The translations under genes were made by a program, and so were the position numbers. A DNA stretch of 64,000 nt from Eukaryota sp. TZLM1-RC (taxonomy: Eukaryota > Protista > Metamonada: BaSk clade): contig JAUPSS010000002.1 in NCBI GenBank assembly GCA_040285825.1, positions 434,001 to 498,000 on the forward strand. Reading direction: 5' to 3'. How positions within the stretch are numbered: the first letter of the stretch is position 1; each line of letters begins with the position of its first letter. The notes beneath the pieces are model-generated. The model saw only the letters and a program-made list of their open reading frames with translations, was not told the DNA's origin and did not search any database. This document shows, piece by piece, positions 9,258 to 18,924 of the stretch.

Positions 9258-12077
9258 ATGCCAACAACACTTGCCTTTAGGATTCATTACAACACCGCTT
9301 ATGGTGAAGTAGTATGTGTCCGTGGTTCCATCCCTGATCTTGGTGATAATGATCGATCAAATGCTCTAACACTATCCCACATAGGCGATGGTAATTGGAT
9401 CGGCAGCGTCGACCTCAGTGATACATCAATCTCGTCTTTTTCATATCGTTACTTCATTTCCCGTGCAATTGTTGATTTAGAAGAACATGGACCTGATAGA
9501 TTAATTACTTTTGATCCTACTGTTCGTCTTGTACGATGCAGTGACACCTGGAGGTCTTTACCAACTGTGGAAGATTTCATCGCTGAAAGAGCCGTATTTC
9601 GCCGTGTCCTCTGTATTCGTGAAAAACCTGAAAGTTCTGCAGACACTGCCCCTTCTCCTGTTACCGGGAAAGTTACTCTTCGGTTCTCAATTACTGTTCC
9701 TCGCCTCGATCCTGGACACCATGTAGTTCTCGTTGGTGAAGGAATGCACCTGGGGGAGTGGAATCCTGACCTTGGCATTAAGCTTAACGACGCCAGCTTC
9801 CCCCTTCTTTCGTGTGATGTACTCTGTCCTTCAAATCATTTACCTTTCCATTATAAGTATGTAATTGTGGACAGCAGCAAACATGCAGTTCATTGGGAAG
9901 AAGGACCTAACCGTACGTTTGATAAGTCCCTGATTCCCCCCTCTACGTCGCTTGATGTTATTCCCACGTTGTGTCATCAAGAGGATGGAATCTTTAGATA
10001 CCCTGGTCATGCTAATGGAAAATTCAAGGGCTTTGGTGTTATTTGTCCCATTTTTTCATTAAGAAGCAAATCTTCGTGCGGAATTGGAGAGTTTAATGAC
10101 CTCAAGTTAGCTGCTAATTGGCTTAAAAGCATGGACGCTAAGCTTATCCAAGTTCTCCCGATTAATGATACCAGATCTGCTGGCGATTGGAGAGATTCAT
10201 ATCCTTATTCAGCAATCTCTGCGTTTGCTCTCCATCCTGTGTACATTCATTTAGAAGACTTACCAGGACTTACAAGGGAAATGAAGGATGATATTGAGCA
10301 TTTTAAGCAGGAGATCAATAACCAAAACATCAATGACTTTGACCCTGAAATCCAATTTGATTATGAAAAGGTTGTCAACTTTAAGGAAGAAATGATTCGT
10401 AAATCATTTGAAAATTGCCTTGACCAGCTGAACTCTAACAGTGATTTTATGTCATGGGCGAGTTCACAATCGTGGTTACCTTGGTACGCCGCATTTCTCT
10501 ACCTTCGAAGCCTTAATGGTGATAATAATTGGAGAAATTGGCCTGAAGAACACAAGTATTTGTCTCTTGAACAAGTAAAGGCTATTGTGTCGACAGAAAA
10601 TGATTACTATAAGGAAATCCTTTTCACCTATTTCACTCAATACCACCTACATCTTCAACTACTTTCTGCTTCCCAGTATGCCGCCCATCATGGCATTGCA
10701 GTGAAGGGTGATATTCCCATTGGTGTTGATCCCAACTCTGTGGACGTTTGGCAGAATCCAGATGAGTACAAGCTAGACAAAACTGTTGGAGCTCCTCCAG
10801 ATGCTTTCTCCTCAGTTGGACAAAATTGGTTGTTCCCCCCTTATAATTTCCCCACCATGCTTTCAAAGGAGAACCCTTTGGATTGGTGGCAAACGAGAAT
10901 GCGTCACATGTCGATCTACTTCCACGCATTTCGTATTGATCACATTATTGGCTTATTTAGAATTTGGGAAATTTCTGCTGATGCAAACACAGCTATTATG
11001 GGTCGCTTTGAACCTTCAATCAAGTTCTCGGAACATGACATAGTCAATAGATTCGGTCTTTGGGACCTTCATCGCCTTTCCCTCCCCTTCGTTAATGATC
11101 ATATCCTCTGGGAATTATTTGGAGATTCAATGGACGAAGTTCGGGATTTGTTCTTTGAAACTTTCCATGATCGATTGCAGTTCAAGAAGGAGTTACTCGA
11201 GTCTGAAAAGGCTTTGTATAAACACGTCATGGCTCAAAAAGATGCCAAAGTCAATGAAGGTTCTGCTTCCACTGCTTCAATCACCAAACGGTTTGAGGAC
11301 TTCCATGCAAAGCTACTAACACTTTGGAATGATAGAGTTTTTATTGCTGAGCAAGAAGGCTCCGAGACCTTTTATTACCCTTTGTTCGATTGCAAGAAGA
11401 CATTCTCCTTCCGTTGGTTGCCTTTATCTGACCAAGCCAAAGTTGCTGAAATTCATTATCAATACTGCTATGGTCCTGCTCAGAACAACTTATGGAGAGA
11501 CTCAGCCTACCGTAAGCTTCCCAGCATCTCACAGTGTCATGATATGCTTGTCTGTGGTGAGGATCTTGGTGTTGTTCCCCAAGTTTGTGAAGAAGTCATG
11601 GATGAATTGAAGATTTTGGGATTACGAATTCAGAGAATGCCTAATGATCCCAAGGTGAAGTATGGCCATCCTAGCGATTACTCTTGGCTTACAGTTTCAT
11701 GTCCTTCTACTCATGACATGCCTTCAATAAGAGGATGGATTGAGGAGGATCACGACAGAGCCCATGAATTTTGTCAGGAAATTCTTGGTATTCATTACGT
11801 TCCGCCAATCGCTGATCTTGTTCGTAGAATTCTTGATCAACATGTTTATGGTCCCTCTATGTGGACAATTTTCCTTGTGCAAGACCTTGTATCTGTATCA
11901 GAAAGACTTCGCTGGAAGGGTCCTGCTGAACTAGAGCAAATCAATATTCCCGCCAACAGATGGCACTATTGGAGATATCGTTTACATTTGAATTTAGAAG
12001 ACTTGGTTTATGATCGGGAGTTCAACAATGAAATTAAAAAGCTGCTCAAAAATAGTGGTAGATCAGAAATTTATTAG
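9258..12077 (+). CDS. DPE2: 4-alpha-glucanotransferase DPE2 type (2x CBM20 + GH77)
   Basis: Two CBM20 modules, GIGEFNDLK, DSYPYS, KGDIPIGV, GAPPD, FRIDH, CGEDLG, STHD. Confidence 0.95.
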   Translation: MPTTLAFRIHYNTAYGEVVCVRGSIPDLGDNDRSNALTLSHIGDGNWIGSVDLSDTSISSFSYRYFISRAIVDLEEHGPDRLITFDPTVRLVRCSDTWRSLPTVEDFIAERAVFRRVLCIREKPESSADTAPSPVTGKVTLRFSITVPRLDPGHHVVLVGEGMHLGEWNPDLGIKLNDASFPLLSCDVLCPSNHLPFHYKYVIVDSSKHAVHWEEGPNRTFDKSLIPPSTSLDVIPTLCHQEDGIFRYPGHANGKFKGFGVICPIFSLRSKSSCGIGEFNDLKLAANWLKSMDAKLIQVLPINDTRSAGDWRDSYPYSAISAFALHPVYIHLEDLPGLTREMKDDIEHFKQEINNQNINDFDPEIQFDYEKVVNFKEEMIRKSFENCLDQLNSNSDFMSWASSQSWLPWYAAFLYLRSLNGDNNWRNWPEEHKYLSLEQVKAIVSTENDYYKEILFTYFTQYHLHLQLLSASQYAAHHGIAVKGDIPIGVDPNSVDVWQNPDEYKLDKTVGAPPDAFSSVGQNWLFPPYNFPTMLSKENPLDWWQTRMRHMSIYFHAFRIDHIIGLFRIWEISADANTAIMGRFEPSIKFSEHDIVNRFGLWDLHRLSLPFVNDHILWELFGDSMDEVRDLFFETFHDRLQFKKELLESEKALYKHVMAQKDAKVNEGSASTASITKRFEDFHAKLLTLWNDRVFIAEQEGSETFYYPLFDCKKTFSFRWLPLSDQAKVAEIHYQYCYGPAQNNLWRDSAYRKLPSISQCHDMLVCGEDLGVVPQVCEEVMDELKILGLRIQRMPNDPKVKYGHPSDYSWLTVSCPSTHDMPSIRGWIEEDHDRAHEFCQEILGIHYVPPIADLVRRILDQHVYGPSMWTIFLVQDLVSVSERLRWKGPAELEQINIPANRWHYWRYRLHLNLEDLVYDREFNNEIKKLLKNSGRSEIY

Positions 12078-12171
12078 ATTTCAGTGGTAATATGATAAAT
12101 AAAACTATTTGGAAACCTCTTTTGTAAACTTCTTTATTCCTTTTATAATCACACAGGTTTTGTTTGAACTA

Positions 12172-12583
12172 CCGAATAGAGCCTCTCAATTTTCTATCCA
12201 TTTTGTAGCATTTATATAAATTATTTTATTTATAAAACGACATATTGACAAAATAAAAAATAAAAAATTATAAAAGCTTTGCTTCCGATGAATCCTCATT
12301 CTTCACATTCTCACCGCTCTATTCCGTCTCTCTCAACTTCTTCTTATGCTCCCAAGAAAGCCTTACAACGGTGAGGGACCAATATTTGATTTTGATGAAA
12401 TCAAAGTACTTGAAAATCAACTAGTTGCATAGTGTAGTTTTATTGTTTTTAAGTGTTTTGTCCAATTTGAAATAAAAAGTATTGAAGAAACCTCTTCTAT
12501 TTAGGGACTGTGCGGTAGAGCCCCCATTAAACAGAGCGGCCACTGAATAGTGTCCAGTTTCAGTTCAAAGGGGCTCTATTCAG
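12172..12583. mobile_element. TA-flanked TIR element (Tc1/mariner-pogo-like MITE)
   Basis: TA|CCGAATAGAGCCTCT (12170-12186) versus the reverse complement of the right end, TA|CTGAATAGAGCCCCT (12585-12569). An extra internal TAGAGCCCC copy lies near 12515. Confidence 0.55.
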
Positions 12584-12824
12584 TATTTTACTTAACATCA
12601 TGTGTCTCCCCAGTTTCCACAAAAACCCTGAAATTATTGCATTGAATTTATGTTGCTTTTAACAACAAATTCCATGATTTATTATCTTAAGCAATAGCGT
12701 AGTTTTTGAAGAGTGCCATTCACAATAAAGCCATTTCTGAAGCATTAAGAGAACCAAAACGCAACCTTAAAATTCAGACCGGGAGTTGTTTTGGAAGTTT
12801 CAAATCAAAATTCCGCCATTTTCT

Positions 12825-14759
12825 ATGCACATTAACGAGACCAAGTTGGACAAACCCCTTGTCAAAGATGCCCAGAACTTTGTCCAAGCAGTAAACAGAT
12901 ATTGTTCTGAAGTTTCATCTGTGTCCGAACTTCTTCAGCGCTCAGTATCCGCAACAGACATTCCTTCAGTCAATCGCCTTCTTTGTCAATATGGTGTCTC
13001 ACTATTTAAAATATTTTCACAGATTTTGGATGACGGCACTCAATCAGAGAGCTTTTCACCAATACTACATCAATATTGCTCTCAAATTGAGGTTTACTAT
13101 ACACTGTTAGCACTTCTTCGATCCAAGCACACCAAACTATGCGTACAATATCTCAAATGTGAAGAATGTCAATCTGAAGCCAAAATGGCCCGTGCTTCCT
13201 TTGCTTGGTTATTGTTCATAACATCTCAAAAGTATTACACAACATCACTTGAAAAGTTTGGTAACGATCTGGTGCCGTCTTTTAGTCTGTTGATTGCATC
13301 ATTTTATCTTTGTATACGGCATTCGAGTGCATCACCTACTCTTTCCACTCTACAATCACATTTCCCAAATGTAACATCAGAGGATTTGGAGTTTGCAACT
13401 CAGCGAGTGTCCACTTTCTTGAGCAATCTTTCTATATCATGTACTGATGACATATGTTCAGTCACTCATTATGAAATTTTGTTAGATTATCATCATTCAA
13501 AGTTGCATAATAACAATCTTTTATTTAATGAAATGTCAATTTATCCTAATGCAGTCCAGCACACCTCTCCAGTGTCTAAACCTGTTAGGCCGACACCTTC
13601 TGTCCCTCTTGTAATTGGTCTACATTCACCAAAATGGACTCATTATCTTTTTGGATCTGCTGGTGTTAAACAGTCATCCAAGTTGGTTGAAGCTTTGGGC
13701 AATTCTGAATCACTAGTATCTATGGTAGAAGACAATCTTTCTAATATGGTCAAACAGTTATTGGAGGTTGATGATAGCTTTGATTCCAAGACATCTACCC
13801 TCAAGTCTTGTTACCTTTCTCTTCTGTCCAACGTCCTGAATTTCGAAGGGAGTAGACTTGGAGAGGATAGTTCACAACAAAGGTTGGTAAGTAGTACTGT
13901 GTTCTCGAAATCTCTATTCATTGTCAGTTGTTGTCTAATTAATTCTTTGCTTCCTGAAATGGTACTCCTTACCCATCTATCCATAACTCCTATAGATTTG
14001 TTACCAGCGATTGAGGCTGTCTTGAGGTCCAGCAGTGAACACTTTGGGGTTGAGCAACTGTATATTCTTCGGAAACTAGAACACAAAATTGTAAAGGAGA
14101 CTGGTTTTAAGGAAAACAGTCCATTGTTTAGTTCCCAGGGGTTCAGGTTGATGATCACTGGCTCTGGTGACTCTAGAATAGATTTTTTTGTTCGTAAGGT
14201 GATTGGAATGGCATCAAACACCATTAAGAATCTTGGAATTGCTGTCAATGTAGAATCCAATCCATTGTTGGAATTCATTTGTACATGCTTTAAATCATTA
14301 CTAACCAAGTCCATGGAAGTATTCAAGAATCGTCACCTGGATAGTGTGGTTCTTTGTTGCTTTTACTCTATCTTCCACACTGCGTTTTCTATCAAGAATG
14401 GTGACTGTGTTGATCACAGGTTCAACAGAATGGCAACCTTTGCACTCGATTGTGAACTATCACTTGAGCAGTTATGTACTTCATACTTATTGTTACCTGA
14501 TTCTAGTAGTGATGCTGTCACCAGTGTCTGGGTTGCTGATGACGTCATTGATCACGTTATTTGCTTCTATAATACAGTTTTTGACCCCCTTACACGTGAT
14601 TTGCTGGGATTGATTAATGTTGATGTCTCCCCTTCCCCAAACCCCACTTCACACACTCCTTTCCGAGGTCAACCAATCCCAAATTACTTTTCTTCTTCTG
14701 GTAAAAGGAAAAGTCCTTATAAACCAAATGTGAAGTGTGTGAAATTAGTTTTTAGTTAG
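12825..14759 (+). CDS. Retinoblastoma-family pocket protein (divergent)
   Basis: RB_B motifs FKNRHLDSVVLCCFY and VICFYNTVF; RB_A-like VFSKSLFIVSC and LRKLEHKIV; SP/TP-rich C terminus. Confidence 0.75.
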   Translation: MHINETKLDKPLVKDAQNFVQAVNRYCSEVSSVSELLQRSVSATDIPSVNRLLCQYGVSLFKIFSQILDDGTQSESFSPILHQYCSQIEVYYTLLALLRSKHTKLCVQYLKCEECQSEAKMARASFAWLLFITSQKYYTTSLEKFGNDLVPSFSLLIASFYLCIRHSSASPTLSTLQSHFPNVTSEDLEFATQRVSTFLSNLSISCTDDICSVTHYEILLDYHHSKLHNNNLLFNEMSIYPNAVQHTSPVSKPVRPTPSVPLVIGLHSPKWTHYLFGSAGVKQSSKLVEALGNSESLVSMVEDNLSNMVKQLLEVDDSFDSKTSTLKSCYLSLLSNVLNFEGSRLGEDSSQQRLVSSTVFSKSLFIVSCCLINSLLPEMVLLTHLSITPIDLLPAIEAVLRSSSEHFGVEQLYILRKLEHKIVKETGFKENSPLFSSQGFRLMITGSGDSRIDFFVRKVIGMASNTIKNLGIAVNVESNPLLEFICTCFKSLLTKSMEVFKNRHLDSVVLCCFYSIFHTAFSIKNGDCVDHRFNRMATFALDCELSLEQLCTSYLLLPDSSSDAVTSVWVADDVIDHVICFYNTVFDPLTRDLLGLINVDVSPSPNPTSHTPFRGQPIPNYFSSSGKRKSPYKPNVKCVKLVFS

Positions 14760-14841
14760 ATTAGAATTTATTAATGTAAATATCATTTGATTAATATTTG
14801 TTATTTCTAGATAATTGGAAATTCAAAAAAAAGTTTAATAA

Positions 14842-17235
14842 TTAAGTCAAAAATGAATACGGAAGTAATAAATGACCCAGAAACTTAACCCTTGGATCAT
14901 CATAATCAGCTACTTCCAACGTGTAGCAGTCAGAAAACTCGACTCGATTGGCCACCTGTACCGTCATCAAGACCGGGGCAAACAAAGTTAAAAGTAGTTG
15001 AGGTTTGGTGACGTGTTTGATTAATTCATTTAAAAAAGATAATAAATAAATTACTGAATTATAATACGGATAAACAAGTTTTGACACCACAGATCTAGCT
15101 TCATTCAAGGAGTCAACAGTACAGCAATCAGAAATCATAGAGAATGGAATTAAACTTACAGGGAGGGAACGAAGGTAGTGTAACAGAGAAAACAGCAAGA
15201 GTCCCGGAGAGTCAAGATCAGAATTGACCTTTATTGACCGCTTGTCTTGATCTATGATTGATTGAATTTCCAAAAAATTGGTCATGTCAGTCGTTGAAAA
15301 ATCGAATTCCAAAACTTTGGACATGAATGATTTACCTCGACTAAAGATCAAATCACACAATGTCCATAATGGTTTTGAAATTTTGTCTCCTGAGCTGGTA
15401 TCGATCTGATACGCAAGATCACAACCAAAGTAAGAAGGTTCAAAGATAGCAGAAAAAGGAAGGAAAACATCACCTCCCCCACGAATTCTGATCACAAGAA
15501 CAGTTTTTAACTGAAACTTCCGACTCCTACGTCTGCAATAATGGAAAAAATTTGTATCGGCAATTGGTAACGTGAGAGTTAAATTATCTGATTGATCTGG
15601 GGCGATAATCCCAGACAGACTCGAACAATGAATATATGGGGGAAGAGAATCTTTCAGAAAAGACCAAAAGACAATGACTGGGCTTGAATTTTTGATTGAA
15701 AAGGTCAAAATGGGAACTTTTGATCCATATCTGAGCCCTTCTAATTCAAACTCAGTGATACTCAACTCTACTGATGGAATAAAAGAGTTCGTCAAACGAT
15801 CCAAATCTTTTTTGACTTCATTTAAAATTAAATTTCTTTTTTCAGGAATAATTGATCTGGCACTAAATTCCAGTAAATTCGACACCGGAAGGTGATCTGA
15901 AAGCAGAACGTCATCGCGATCATAATTGATTGATTTAATTTGACCCCCTGACCGGCAATAATAAAGGCAACGATCACACCATGCTGGGGGCCTTGGTTTT
16001 TGTGGGTTATAAGGAATATACTTGGTAGTGCCGGGAACAACTTTATAGGTCGGAGGAAATTTAATTTCAGGTTCTTTGAATGAAAAGAAAACAGAGTCCC
16101 GACCTCTTGCTCTCTGAATGAATTGGTCCTTTTTAAGTAACTCTGAAATATTCCTTTCGTCAACTAATGAGACAACAGACTGATAATCCAATTCTATTCT
16201 AAAATTTAAATCACCAATCCAAAAAACGTAATCAAACTCAAATAAATTACTTGGTGGAATTAGCTGACTTTCATCCAAATAAAAAAACTGATTACCCGTT
16301 AATAAATGCTCAAACTTTGACACCACATCTTTAGCATCCTGGATCCTGCGTAAAACCTTTTCTGTGTGCGCTGCCAAGTGGGAATTAATAATGGCGAGGT
16401 CAGAGTCAAATACTTTTAATGTGGTGATAACTGCTCCCTTGTTACCCATTTTGCCCATTAAGCCCGTGCCAATCGTATACGCTCTGACATCGGAAACTGA
16501 AACGTCATCACGGACAAACAAAATGGTCAACAACCCTACAAGTTGCTTCCACATGACGAGTCTATATCCAGAGCCAACAGCTTCAGTAAAAGTTGTTATC
16601 CATGGTTCAGCAATAGAGGTCTTCTCTGCCATTAAAAGAGTAGATGCTGTCATGTCTACCTCCTGCAAACCAAAACAAATCAGGTGAGGAGAGGAAGAAG
16701 GAATTAGATTGACCAGAGCAGAGGGTGGAGGAGGGGTCATAGATGCAACATTGAATGTGGTTAAGTGAATAGAGACAGGGTGGGGAGATGAGAATTCATG
16801 GATTCGGTCACGAAGAGAGCGTCGTATCCAGAGGGATCTTAGTTCTTTAGATGAAGTTGGAGCAGTTGAAGTGGATGAAAGGAGAGAGTTTAATTGATTA
16901 AATAGTAGGGAAGAAGGGGATGTAATAGCCTTGTTGAGTGACTTACGAAACGTTGATGCAGAAGTATGGGAAGCATACAAGAGTATTTCTCTGTTTGAAA
17001 CAGATATTTTGAGAGAAAAGTCATTGCGGTCATCATCAACAACACTAAGAAGGGACTGAGAGGGGTCCACTGCAACAATAGAAGAACCTTCCTTCAACAC
17101 CAAAGCATATTCAGGAACAGGAGCTGATGCACGTATTAATGCAGCAAAGTTGTCAGGGTGATCCTTATAAGGAAGTGCACACAATACTTTATGATGAGAT
17201 TCTAGACATCCTTCTAAGACAGAAATGTTTGCCAT
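14842..17235 (-). CDS. OCRL: OCRL/INPP5B-type inositol polyphosphate 5-phosphatase (IPPc + ASH + RhoGAP-like)
   Basis: TFNV, GLQE, MGNKG, NSHLAAH, FWIGDLNFR, PPTYK, PAWCDR, SDHLPV, followed by ASH and RhoGAP-like segments. Confidence 0.85.
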   Translation of the reverse strand: MANISVLEGCLESHHKVLCALPYKDHPDNFAALIRASAPVPEYALVLKEGSSIVAVDPSQSLLSVVDDDRNDFSLKISVSNREILLYASHTSASTFRKSLNKAITSPSSLLFNQLNSLLSSTSTAPTSSKELRSLWIRRSLRDRIHEFSSPHPVSIHLTTFNVASMTPPPPSALVNLIPSSSPHLICFGLQEVDMTASTLLMAEKTSIAEPWITTFTEAVGSGYRLVMWKQLVGLLTILFVRDDVSVSDVRAYTIGTGLMGKMGNKGAVITTLKVFDSDLAIINSHLAAHTEKVLRRIQDAKDVVSKFEHLLTGNQFFYLDESQLIPPSNLFEFDYVFWIGDLNFRIELDYQSVVSLVDERNISELLKKDQFIQRARGRDSVFFSFKEPEIKFPPTYKVVPGTTKYIPYNPQKPRPPAWCDRCLYYCRSGGQIKSINYDRDDVLLSDHLPVSNLLEFSARSIIPEKRNLILNEVKKDLDRLTNSFIPSVELSITEFELEGLRYGSKVPILTFSIKNSSPVIVFWSFLKDSLPPYIHCSSLSGIIAPDQSDNLTLTLPIADTNFFHYCRRRSRKFQLKTVLVIRIRGGGDVFLPFSAIFEPSYFGCDLAYQIDTSSGDKISKPLWTLCDLIFSRGKSFMSKVLEFDFSTTDMTNFLEIQSIIDQDKRSIKVNSDLDSPGLLLFSLLHYLRSLPVSLIPFSMISDCCTVDSLNEARSVVSKLVYPYYNSVIYLLSFLNELIKHVTKPQLLLTLFAPVLMTVQVANRVEFSDCYTLEVADYDDPRVKFLGHLLLPYSFLT

Positions 17236-17336
17236 TCTTGCAGGTATAGCTTATAACAGGACTAAGCGTCCAGTTTAATAATTTTAAATTACAAAAATTA
17301 CAGTTCAAAAAACTTGTGATTCACTCTTCTCAGACC

Positions 17337-18863
17337 ATGTTGACATTTGGAACAGGTCGTCGAGCAGCTTTTGACACTCTTCCACAGAACCCTAGTCAGA
17401 AAGCCTTCTCAGAGACATTACGTCCTAGCTCCCCTCTCTCTGACTCTGAAGATACCTCTAGTGATGACTCTCATTCATCAATGCATTCTGCTTCTCCTTC
17501 TTCATCTCCAGAATCACCCAGAATAGATTCTCAAACTTTTAAAACAATGTCAGCCATGTCCTCACTTCAAGGTTCTGGTAAAATATCACTAGCAGTTGAT
17601 GACCTTTCATTCATTCTTGAGTCAGTTTCACCTTCTGAGTATACTGATGTGTTGTATTCCATGTCACTGAATCTCTTTGAACTAGACTATGAATTCGCTG
17701 TCGCTATTGCTAAAGCTGAATTAATAAGTCCGGTAATGCCAGTAATACTGACATCTTTAAACAGTAACCAGGACTCGTTTGCTTTATCCTGCATTGTTGT
17801 ATTTCTTTTGTCACGTCATTTGTCACGTCATATGTTGACTTTTGTTGACTCTGCATTTGCTACTGCATTAATTGATAATTTTCAAAACAGAATAGGTTCT
17901 TTGAATCTTTCAGTTAAAGCCCAAAAGATTTTCAATTTATTTCTAAATGAAGTTAGTGGTCATTGTTTGCCCTCAAGTATTCATTCACTTTTACTGAGCA
18001 CCCACTCTCTAGTCAATCTTGTTTCATCTAAATTTTTAAGAATTGGGGTTTATGAGTCTATGGATTTTATTCTTTGCAACATAAATAAAGTTGAGAAATT
18101 CGGAATTTCGGATCCTTCTGCACACAGAATTATGCACTGTTTGCTTCGTTTGTTGACAAGTTCAATTAATCAATCAATGTTGACTGATTATCAGAGATGT
18201 TTTTCAATCTGTTCTGTATTGGTCTCCTATCAAAACAATTCTTGTCCTGCTTGCCGGTCACTTTCCTTAAATGGATTAATCAATTCATTGCATGGAAACC
18301 CAGTCTTTGCACAGGCTTTTGTGAATAGCCATGGTTGCATTGAGGTGTTGAAATCAATTACTCTTCTTTCAAACCAATTTGTTTCGTCAATTATAGATTC
18401 TTTTGAAATCGAAGATGAGGATCTAGCCTCAGAACTTTTGTTGAAATCTCTCGCTGTGATGTCTAATGCTTTTGATGCTGGTTATGATGGTGAAATTAAC
18501 TCTGTGATCAGTTCAACTTTGGATTCTCGAGACTCATTGAAATTAGTAGGAGAGTTGGTTGATGCTTTCCAAAATTGTTTTTCACATTTTGAGTTAATTT
18601 CAGAGAAGAAATCTACCAAGGTTGATGTCATTCTTGACTTGGACACATTTCTTGGGCACTTGACTGTCGTGTTGGCTCATTTAGTTACCAGTCCCAAATA
18701 TTTCACTCGTCACAACTCAATTGACACATTTCTTTATAAGTCATTAGCCCACACACTAACAAGATTTTCTGAATTTAACAAATCATTGAATTTATTCAAC
18801 AAAACTTTTTTTGAAAAAATTGATTCACTAAAACAAAAATTAACCAGTTTAATAAATAATTAA
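17337..18863 (+). CDS. Wings-apart-like (WAPL) cohesin release factor, tentative
   Basis: Ser-rich N terminus, DDLSFILESV, LNGLINSLHGNP, LLKSLAVMSN, FLGHLTVVLAHL and LTRFSEFN follow WAPL domain spacing (by eye). Confidence 0.5.
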   Translation: MLTFGTGRRAAFDTLPQNPSQKAFSETLRPSSPLSDSEDTSSDDSHSSMHSASPSSSPESPRIDSQTFKTMSAMSSLQGSGKISLAVDDLSFILESVSPSEYTDVLYSMSLNLFELDYEFAVAIAKAELISPVMPVILTSLNSNQDSFALSCIVVFLLSRHLSRHMLTFVDSAFATALIDNFQNRIGSLNLSVKAQKIFNLFLNEVSGHCLPSSIHSLLLSTHSLVNLVSSKFLRIGVYESMDFILCNINKVEKFGISDPSAHRIMHCLLRLLTSSINQSMLTDYQRCFSICSVLVSYQNNSCPACRSLSLNGLINSLHGNPVFAQAFVNSHGCIEVLKSITLLSNQFVSSIIDSFEIEDEDLASELLLKSLAVMSNAFDAGYDGEINSVISSTLDSRDSLKLVGELVDAFQNCFSHFELISEKKSTKVDVILDLDTFLGHLTVVLAHLVTSPKYFTRHNSIDTFLYKSLAHTLTRFSEFNKSLNLFNKTFFEKIDSLKQKLTSLINN

Positions 18864-18924
18864 TTAATTTTCCCTTGGTTTTATAAATCAAAAACTTATA
18901 TTAATTCAAAAGACATCCTGAATC

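Noticed and set aside
9449-11934. Short overlapping or antisense ORFs inside long genes (here and throughout)
   Set aside because: Shadow ORFs of real coding sequences with no independent motifs.
12505-12585. HDV-like ribozyme or RNase MRP-like pseudoknot
   Set aside because: The topology is suggestive, but there is no P3/L3 consensus or catalytic C in J4/2. TIR duplication explains it more simply.
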